From assembly GCA_038885755.1 (NCBI GenBank), contig JAVZZH010000002.1, forward strand, positions 1 to 64,000: a DNA stretch of 64,000 nucleotides. Direction: 5' to 3'. Position numbers and translations under genes: made by a program. The stretch comes from Candidatus Caldarchaeum sp. GTDB lineage: Archaea > Thermoproteota > Nitrososphaeria_A > Caldarchaeales > Caldarchaeaceae. This document shows, piece after piece, positions 57,650 to 64,000 of this stretch (its first letter is position 1; each line of letters begins with the position of its first letter). The notes beneath the pieces are model-generated. The model ran no database searches. It saw only the letters and a list, made by a program, of their open reading frames with translations, and was not told the origin of the DNA.

Positions 57650-58834
57650 ATGCGGTTCTTCGCAACGACTTTCCACGGGCTTGAAGACGTAGCTGCTTCA
57701 GAGGTCTCTGGAATTGTGGGAGAAGAGGCGGAGGCAGATGTTTCGAAGGTGTTTTTCACAGGGTCGGCCGGGGACTGTGTCAAGGTTAATCTAGCTTCAC
57801 AGACCGTTAACAAGGTTTTCCTCCTCCTGCTGAAAGACCGGGCCGAGTCTCTGGAGAGTGTCGAAAGCCTTGCGGCCAGCGTCGACTACACTGACTTGAT
57901 CACGAGGGGGCAGAGCTTCGCGGTGGAGGCGGAGAGGGTCGGGTCCCATCCATTCACGAGCTTGGACATAGCGGCGGCGGTTGGGAGGGCTGTCATCGAA
58001 TCCTACCGGGCGGCTACGGGGTTCAGGCTTAGAGTTGACTTGAAGAACCCCGACGTCAAGCTTTACGTGATTCTGCGCGGCGATGAGCTGCTGCTGGGGC
58101 TTAACACGACGGGGGAGTCGCTTCACCGAAGGTTCTACCGCCGAGGAGCGCACAGAGCAGCCCTATCACCAACGGTGGCCAACGCAGTGGTCAGGATATC
58201 GGGCTGGAGGCCGGGGCGCACCCTCCTAGACCCCTTCTGCGGAAGCGGAACCATACCGCTGGAAGCAGCCGTCTACGGCCTCGACATATGCCCCGGAGCT
58301 AGGACCGGCCAGCTGGCTTTCCAAAAAATCTGCTTGTTCGACGCCGAGGAGGCTGAGAAGGTCAAGCAGGAGATGCTGCGGCGTGAGAAGAGAGGGGCTG
58401 TCGATGTTGTTGGGCTTGACATATCCAGTAAGGCTCTGGCTTTGGCGGAGGAGAGTAGGGCCGTGTTTGGATTCGACTGCGGAGTTAGGTTCGTCCGAGG
58501 CGATGTTTTCAAGCTCGACAGATACATAACCCAGCGGGTTGACACGGTCGTCTGCAACCCTCCGTTTGGAGTTAGGATGAAGGTCGAAGACCCGGAGAAA
58601 TTCTACACCGAAGCCTTCAAAGCTGTGATGAAGGCCTGCCCAAACGCATTCCTCACAGTCATCTGCAACAAGCCCTTCAAAATGCTAAGGGCTCTGGAAA
58701 ACTCCCTCTACAACCCCATCTCGCTGAAGAAAGTTCTACTGGGAGACCTAGCTGCTTACGTCTTCTCTTCAGCCAGCACGGGCACGAGCCTAGACTCCGT
58801 ATTCTCCGGTCGAAGGGTCTCGGAAAAGCTCTAG
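57650..58834 (+). CDS. trm14: THUMP-domain tRNA (guanine-N2) methyltransferase (Trm14-like)
   Basis: THUMP domain, TTGESLHRR, DPFCGSGTI and NPPFG. Confidence 0.85.
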   Translation: MRFFATTFHGLEDVAASEVSGIVGEEAEADVSKVFFTGSAGDCVKVNLASQTVNKVFLLLLKDRAESLESVESLAASVDYTDLITRGQSFAVEAERVGSHPFTSLDIAAAVGRAVIESYRAATGFRLRVDLKNPDVKLYVILRGDELLLGLNTTGESLHRRFYRRGAHRAALSPTVANAVVRISGWRPGRTLLDPFCGSGTIPLEAAVYGLDICPGARTGQLAFQKICLFDAEEAEKVKQEMLRREKRGAVDVVGLDISSKALALAEESRAVFGFDCGVRFVRGDVFKLDRYITQRVDTVVCNPPFGVRMKVEDPEKFYTEAFKAVMKACPNAFLTVICNKPFKMLRALENSLYNPISLKKVLLGDLAAYVFSSASTGTSLDSVFSGRRVSEKL

Positions 58835-59332
58835 CTCGGGGGGTGCGAAGGTGAAGACGAAGAACAGCAGCGCCGCAAAGGCTAGAGCTGCTGCGGGAGC
58901 GGGGTTGAACGGCTTGGCTCCGTGTGTCAGCGTGATGCGGTAGCTTATGGCTTGGCCTGCTGCAACCGACGCTATGAAAAGCCCGATGTCGTATGCGAGG
59001 TTGCTGCTGTGGAAAACAGCCTCGTAGGCGTAAAAACCTGCCACGATGATTGTTGGCATCGAGAATATGCCGACCGCCTTTCCGAGCAATAGGTTTGGAT
59101 ATGTTTTACGGATGCGGGCATATTGGTAGACGGTTAGGGCGAGAGCTGGGAAGAAAGGCAGCTTCAGATGTTCCCAGACGCTTTCGTTCACGGCGGAAAA
59201 CAGGGCTGCAACCATGTTTCCGCCTGAAAGCTCGTATGTGAAATGCAGGAGCGAGCCCGCGAATACGATGAAGAAGAAGCCTCCAACCTCGGTTTGCTTC
59301 AGAATCCTCTGGTGCTGGACCGTCTCCATCAA
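58790..59332 (-). CDS. Conserved membrane protein
   Basis: GSLLHFTYE and NESVWEHLKL; about 5 TM segments. Confidence 0.7.
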   Translation of the reverse strand: MMETVQHQRILKQTEVGGFFFIVFAGSLLHFTYELSGGNMVAALFSAVNESVWEHLKLPFFPALALTVYQYARIRKTYPNLLLGKAVGIFSMPTIIVAGFYAYEAVFHSSNLAYDIGLFIASVAAGQAISYRITLTHGAKPFNPAPAAALAFAALLFFVFTFAPPELELFRDPSTGEYGV

Positions 59333-59412
59333 AGAATTTTAGGGGTGGCCTAAAATATATACCTTGCCAGCATCTTGTAAACAACACATCCTAATAAAGC
59401 AGCAACAACTCC

Positions 59413-60003
59413 ATGCCTCGACGAGAGTTGCGTGAAGACCTGGCAGTCGACATACAGAGGGATGAGGAGGAGGTTCTGAAAGCTCTGTCCACGGCCTCCG
59501 AGGGAGAGGTGAGCTTCAACGGCATGCGGAGGGTGTTGGGAATGCATCAGGAGAAGCTTTCACGGATACTTAGGCGGCTTGAGAAGCATGGCCTCGTGAG
59601 CCGGACTGATACCGGGTACAGGCTCAGCGGGAAGGCTCTGAAGCTTGTTTCAAAAACCGGCGGGAACCGGCCGCACGTCGTCGTCGACACCTTGGTGGAG
59701 GACGTGGGGTTGTTGCTCGCGGGTGTTGCGGCTCTTAGGGGAAGATGGGTTGACGAGCTCCGCTGGCTGGGGTACAGCATCGAGGACGAAGCCCACGTGC
59801 TCCGCTGGATCTCACAGGACGGAGCACTCACCATAACGCTGAGGCTTAAGAACAGCCGGCTCGTGATCGAAAGCAACGCAAACGACCGGAGAGCCGTCCG
59901 CGCAGCCCTAGCCATCCTACGCAAAGCCTACGAACTTGCTCTTGTTGACGACGAAACACCGTTCAAAGCACTCCAAGCAAACCCCTTCAACATAGCTGCG
60001 TAG
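59413..60003 (+). CDS. Winged-helix DNA-binding protein
   Basis: SFNGMRRVLGMHQEKLSRILRRLEKHGLV..GYRLS. Confidence 0.8.
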   Translation: MPRRELREDLAVDIQRDEEEVLKALSTASEGEVSFNGMRRVLGMHQEKLSRILRRLEKHGLVSRTDTGYRLSGKALKLVSKTGGNRPHVVVDTLVEDVGLLLAGVAALRGRWVDELRWLGYSIEDEAHVLRWISQDGALTITLRLKNSRLVIESNANDRRAVRAALAILRKAYELALVDDETPFKALQANPFNIAA

Positions 60004-60068
60004 GCGTGACTAGCGGCACATTAACTCAGTCAATAAACACAACTCAACACCATGTTTGCTGAGCGAGA

Positions 60069-60632
60069 ATGACCACGATAGTTGGTTTGAAAGCTGTTGA
60101 CGGAGTAGTCCTGGCATCGGACAGAAGAGCCAGCAAGGGTTTCTTCATAGCTTCGAAGACGACGCAGAAGATCATGAAGGTTGACGACCGGCTGGCCGTA
60201 GCGGTTGCGGGCTTGTTGTCGGACGCCGTCTACCTAGTCAACGTCGTCAGGGCCGAGCGAAAGCTCATATCGCTGAGGCGTGGATACCCGCTCTCCGTAG
60301 CCGAGTCAAGCAAGCTCATAGCAAACCTGTTCTACAGCGGAATGAGGAGCTACATACCCTACTTCGCCGAGCTGATCGTCGCAGGAGTCGACGACGAAGG
60401 GCCCCACGTGTTCAGCAGCGACATGAGCGGGTCGATGGTTGCTGAGGAATTCGTCTCCTCCGGCTCCGGGTCGCCAGTAGCCTACGGCGTCTTGGAAAGC
60501 CTTTACAGCCCTAGCATAAACTTGGAGCAGGCACGGAACATAGCTGTGAAGGCTGTTGAGGCGGCGATGCAGCGAGATCCCGGCTCAGGCAACGGCGTCG
60601 ACGTCCTAGCTATTCCGGCTGGAGGTGTTTAG
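60069..60632 (+). CDS. psmB: Proteasome beta subunit without propeptide
   Basis: M-T1TIVG, D17RR, K33, GSGS and RDPGSG; in-frame TGA at 60060-60062. Confidence 0.93.
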   Translation: MTTIVGLKAVDGVVLASDRRASKGFFIASKTTQKIMKVDDRLAVAVAGLLSDAVYLVNVVRAERKLISLRRGYPLSVAESSKLIANLFYSGMRSYIPYFAELIVAGVDDEGPHVFSSDMSGSMVAEEFVSSGSGSPVAYGVLESLYSPSINLEQARNIAVKAVEAAMQRDPGSGNGVDVLAIPAGGV

Positions 60633-60635
60633 GAG

Positions 60636-61310
60636 ATGACGGTAGACCCTTCAAGGTTTCAGATGTTCTACGGCCCTGAGGGGAGGATGACTCTCGTCGA
60701 CAGAGCTCTCGAGGCGGTCATGCGTGGAGCGATAAGCCTAGGTCTTCGGTTCCCGTCTTTCGCAGTCGTGGCAAGCATGGTGAAGCCGACGAGGAAGTTG
60801 ATGAAGCCCAGCGACAAAGTCTTCACGATCGACGACCACGTGGGGATTACGGGATCAGGCTACATCAGCGACCTTTACAGGGTGGTCGACCACATGCGTG
60901 TCGAGGCCCAGCGGCACAGGCTTTTGTTCGACGCTCCGATGGACGTCGGATCCATCGTCGACTCGGTGAGCAGCTACTTCCACGGCTACACCCTCTACCC
61001 TGTAAGGCCTCAGGGAGTTGCTGTAATCATAGCGGGCGTCGACAAGCTCGGAGTCCAGCTCTACCAAGTCGACCCGAGCGGCACAGCCTTCAACGGCGAC
61101 GCCTTCGCAGTAGGCATGAACAGCGACAAAGCCCTAGAGATAATCGAGAACGAGTATAGGCCCGACATGAAGCTGGATGAAGCCATCAAGATGGTTGTCT
61201 CGGTCGTGGAGAGGACGGGCAACCCAGAGCCAGCCATACAGTACGGATACGTGAGCCTAGAAAACCCTGTTTTCACGAGAAGGAACATCAACAACCATTC
61301 AAACACGTAG
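60636..61310 (+). CDS. psmA: Divergent proteasome alpha subunit
   Basis: GPEGR..EAVMRG, KVFTIDDHVG..SG..SD, RVEAQ, RPQGV..IAGVD and YQVDPSG. Confidence 0.88.
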   Translation: MTVDPSRFQMFYGPEGRMTLVDRALEAVMRGAISLGLRFPSFAVVASMVKPTRKLMKPSDKVFTIDDHVGITGSGYISDLYRVVDHMRVEAQRHRLLFDAPMDVGSIVDSVSSYFHGYTLYPVRPQGVAVIIAGVDKLGVQLYQVDPSGTAFNGDAFAVGMNSDKALEIIENEYRPDMKLDEAIKMVVSVVERTGNPEPAIQYGYVSLENPVFTRRNINNHSNT

Positions 61311-61518
61311 GCAGAGCAGCCCGAGAGGAGCAAGCGGAACAACGTCAACAACAACAGAGCCGTAATCGTTCATCAAACGCCTAATCCGCCGAAGTTCATC
61401 CTGCCTAACCTCAGCCACACACTCAGCGGGAACTCTGAAGTGCGGCGAAATGTAAAGAACAGGCTACCGGGCAGTCTCCCTAACGAGGGTTTTGTTCCCT
61501 ATGGAGATGAATTTATTT

Positions 61519-61752
61519 TTAGGTGCTTACAACCAGCATGGTCAGCGTTGACCTCACTTTCTCAAGCCGGCGGATGCTCCACGAAACGATCTCCTTCAGC
61601 TTCTCCATCGAATCCGCCTCAACCTTGGCCACGATGTCGTAAACGCCGTAGACCACGTACGCCTCCTTGATGTAGGAGATCTTCTTGAGCTCGTTCACAA
61701 CCTCTTCCTCGGCGCCTATCTCGGTGTTGATTAGGACGAATGCAGACGGCAT
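61519..61752 (-). CDS. Stand-alone Lrp/AsnC ligand-binding (RAM) domain protein
   Basis: AFVLIN, VYGVYDIVAKVE and IRRLEKVRSTLT. Confidence 0.9.
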   Translation of the reverse strand: MPSAFVLINTEIGAEEEVVNELKKISYIKEAYVVYGVYDIVAKVEADSMEKLKEIVSWSIRRLEKVRSTLTMLVVST

Positions 61753-61803
61753 CTAACCTCGCTTTATCAACGCAGCACCTGTATTTAAATAATCTGGGAA
61801 GTT

Positions 61804-62925
61804 TCACCCGTAGATCTTTGTGAACAGCTTCAAGCCAGCCCTAGCTCCGAGGAACATGCCTGCGGCGTACATCCATCCCTCGGGCCTCAGCGTCGCGACA
61901 GAAGCCCAGAACCCCGAGACGTTGCATCCCACAGCTATCCAGACGGCTACGCCCATGAACAAGCCTGCGGCAAACCCCACGGCCATGTCGCCGGGCCTTC
62001 CACCACGGTAGCAGCCGAAGCCGCCAGACGTCGTCGACCCCAGCATCGCCCCCACTACGAGGGCTATGACGAGCAGGAGAAGCGGGTCGTTGAACGGCTC
62101 CCTCAAACCCCATCTGACGGCCCAAGCAACTTCCTCGACGTCCACCAACGGGGAGGCCGTCCAGAGAGCTAGCCTTGCAAGTGGAAGCTGGACGGAGAGC
62201 GACGAGTAGAAAGCGAACTGGGCGATGAAGACAGCCGCCATCACCAGCCCTCCCAGCCAAGTAGGCCACCAGCCTGTCTTGAAGACGAGCCTCAACCCTG
62301 ACACGAATGTGCTGAAGCCGGGCAGGTTGAGACTTCCTCCACGCCGCTGGAGAATGGCTAGGAGAATAGCTATCAGGCTGATGTTTAGCGCCAGTCCTCC
62401 TAAAGGTCCGATGGCTTGGTATAAGCTGAAGCCCCTGCCCAAGTCTACGAAAGGCTCGACAAAACCCCACACGAAGAAAGCGCCCACGAAGTTGCCGACG
62501 AGGATCCCGGCGAGTGATGACAAAGCCTTCGCCTGCCCAGCTCCGAACCTATACATAACCCCGGTTATGCATCCTCCAGCAAACGGCATGGCGAGGCCAA
62601 AAAGAAACGAGCCGACCAAGATGTGGGGCCCCACCGGTATTGCAGGCGGTGCGTTGAGCCCATGCAACAAGATGAAGGCAGAGCCGATGCTGGCTACAGC
62701 CATGCTCAACAGTATAGCCGTCATTATCTGGGAGTCGCCGTAGAAGGCTGTTGCGAAGCATATCCTAGACTTGTAGATGGCGTAGCCGTACATGAGGCCG
62801 AAGACTATGAAGAACGCATGCTGCACATATCCGGCGGCAAGGTAGACGGCGACGGAGGCCAGAACAACTACGAGAATCGCCGAGGATGTTAGCTTCTGTT
62901 CAACGCCGGCCTGCAGGGCCTTCAT
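61804..62925 (-). CDS. YeeE/YedE family (thio)sulfur transporter
   Basis: Multi-TM protein with three conserved Cys motifs: SRICFA, AGGCITG and VGCNV. Confidence 0.88.
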   Translation of the reverse strand: MKALQAGVEQKLTSSAILVVVLASVAVYLAAGYVQHAFFIVFGLMYGYAIYKSRICFATAFYGDSQIMTAILLSMAVASIGSAFILLHGLNAPPAIPVGPHILVGSFLFGLAMPFAGGCITGVMYRFGAGQAKALSSLAGILVGNFVGAFFVWGFVEPFVDLGRGFSLYQAIGPLGGLALNISLIAILLAILQRRGGSLNLPGFSTFVSGLRLVFKTGWWPTWLGGLVMAAVFIAQFAFYSSLSVQLPLARLALWTASPLVDVEEVAWAVRWGLREPFNDPLLLLVIALVVGAMLGSTTSGGFGCYRGGRPGDMAVGFAAGLFMGVAVWIAVGCNVSGFWASVATLRPEGWMYAAGMFLGARAGLKLFTKIYG

Positions 62926-63344
62926 GACCGGCCACCCGCCTCAACGACCACTTTTCCACGCATCCATGGATGGGGGGAGCATCGGTAGCCGTACCTACCC
63001 GGCTGCGTGAAGGTGTAGGCGAAGCTCTCGCCGGTCTCGAGGAGCTTGGACTTGAAAGTCTTGATGCAGCCCTGCTCGTTGTACATGCATGGCTCGTGGG
63101 TTACGTCGTGGACTGTGATGTCCTCGTTGACCCAGACGACTGTGTTGTTCACCCCCAACACCACCCTTACCGTGGGAGGGTCGTAGGTTGTTGAGGCATC
63201 CTCACGGTAGGAGCCCAGCCTTATGAACACCGTCGTTGAGCCCGGCTCGCCGCGATTCTCTCCGCCAAGCCCGTACAAAAACGTGTAGAACAACAGAGCC
63301 GAGGCAGCCACGGCGACGACAGCCAAAAAAGTCTTCATGAACAA
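62922..63344 (-). CDS. Membrane-anchored cupredoxin (plastocyanin/azurin-like)
   Basis: Signal/TM segment, WVNED..HDV, and YRCSPHPWMRG type-1 copper ligands. Confidence 0.9.
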   Translation of the reverse strand: MFMKTFLAVVAVAASALLFYTFLYGLGGENRGEPGSTTVFIRLGSYREDASTTYDPPTVRVVLGVNNTVVWVNEDITVHDVTHEPCMYNEQGCIKTFKSKLLETGESFAYTFTQPGRYGYRCSPHPWMRGKVVVEAGGRS

Positions 63345-63997
63345 GTCCCCACATAGAACAGCATCTTCTCAGTCGCAACCACTTGCATGCTCAGCCTTCC
63401 AGCCGACTGCCCACCCTCAACCACTAGGTAGACGTCGTCAAAGTTATCCGACTCTATCGTGAGGCTTCCAGAGCCCCTGATACAGTTCGATGCTTTACAC
63501 AGGTCTGAAAGCTGTTTTCTCGCCCTGCTGTAGGCGAGGAAGTCGCTCGACTCCACAACGGCCACGGCTCCGTCGCCTTCAGCCGTTAGATGAAGCTTGG
63601 TTCCGGGTATGAACTGGTACACTGGCATGGCGAAGCCTGAATGCGGTGAGACGACGGCTTCGAACGAGTTTCTGACAACCTCCCGGCCCGACCTCAGAGC
63701 TTTGGTTGCGTCGTCGACCGTCCCAGCCTCCACACGGAGCTTCACTTCTCCGGCTTCACGCTGCTTGACCAAGACAAGGTAGAGGCCTCCTGTCTGAGAA
63801 GGAATCGCGTATGTCAGCTTTTTGAGTGAATTGAACGCTGTAGCCGATTTGGGTGTCGAGCCGCTGGCCTTGTACGCCTCCGCTTCCCGCCCCGCCATTA
63901 TGTACAGGTCGCTCAGCCCGCTGGTCTCCAGCCCAACCACATACCTGTCTCCCGGCTTGAGAACAAGCTCCACAACCCTCTCCTCTCCAGCCTCCAT
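63335..63997 (-). CDS. Hypothetical protein (probably 5'-truncated by the window edge)
   Basis: Open frame running to the window end; overlaps the cupredoxin start. Confidence 0.6.
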   Translation of the reverse strand: MEAGEERVVELVLKPGDRYVVGLETSGLSDLYIMAGREAEAYKASGSTPKSATAFNSLKKLTYAIPSQTGGLYLVLVKQREAGEVKLRVEAGTVDDATKALRSGREVVRNSFEAVVSPHSGFAMPVYQFIPGTKLHLTAEGDGAVAVVESSDFLAYSRARKQLSDLCKASNCIRGSGSLTIESDNFDDVYLVVEGGQSAGRLSMQVVATEKMLFYVGTCS

Positions 63998-64000
63998 CCA

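Noticed and set aside
61311-61518. Possible tRNA or ncRNA after the proteasome alpha gene
   Set aside because: No cloverleaf, T-loop GTTCRA or convincing stem structure is visible.

Overview
A gene-dense archaeal window with no rRNA, tRNA, CRISPR array or intact IS element that I could recognise. The eukaryote-like topoisomerase IB, TiaS, SmAP3-type Lsm, PDCD5 homolog and nurA-herA-mre11-rad50 operon suggest the Aigarchaeota/Caldarchaeales (Nitrososphaeria) lineage; this is an inference. Other content: a branched-chain amino acid ABC transporter, protoglobin, prpD-prpC, trpS, a dsrE-tusA-sqr-ArsR sulfur operon, bacterial-type gnd, an orphan amino-methyltransferase, a cysM-JAB-Ubl locus, heme O synthase, hydantoinase A/B, cytochrome b, moaA, a decaying catabolic region with many pseudogene fragments, thiI, aceA-aceB, trm14, a proteasome beta-alpha pair and a YeeE-cupredoxin operon. 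Three observations stand out. (1) A CysO/SAMP-like ubiquitin-fold protein has an internal Gly-Gly fused to a MraZ/AbrB-like DNA-binding domain and lies next to a JAB protease and cysteine synthase, suggesting a protease-released transcription factor coupled to sulfur-carrier maturation. (2) An adjacent proteasome pair has a propeptide-less but catalytically intact beta subunit and an alpha subunit lacking the YDR gate motif. (3) The Rad50 has no zinc-hook CxxC. All calls come from motif recognition by eye; no database searches were run.
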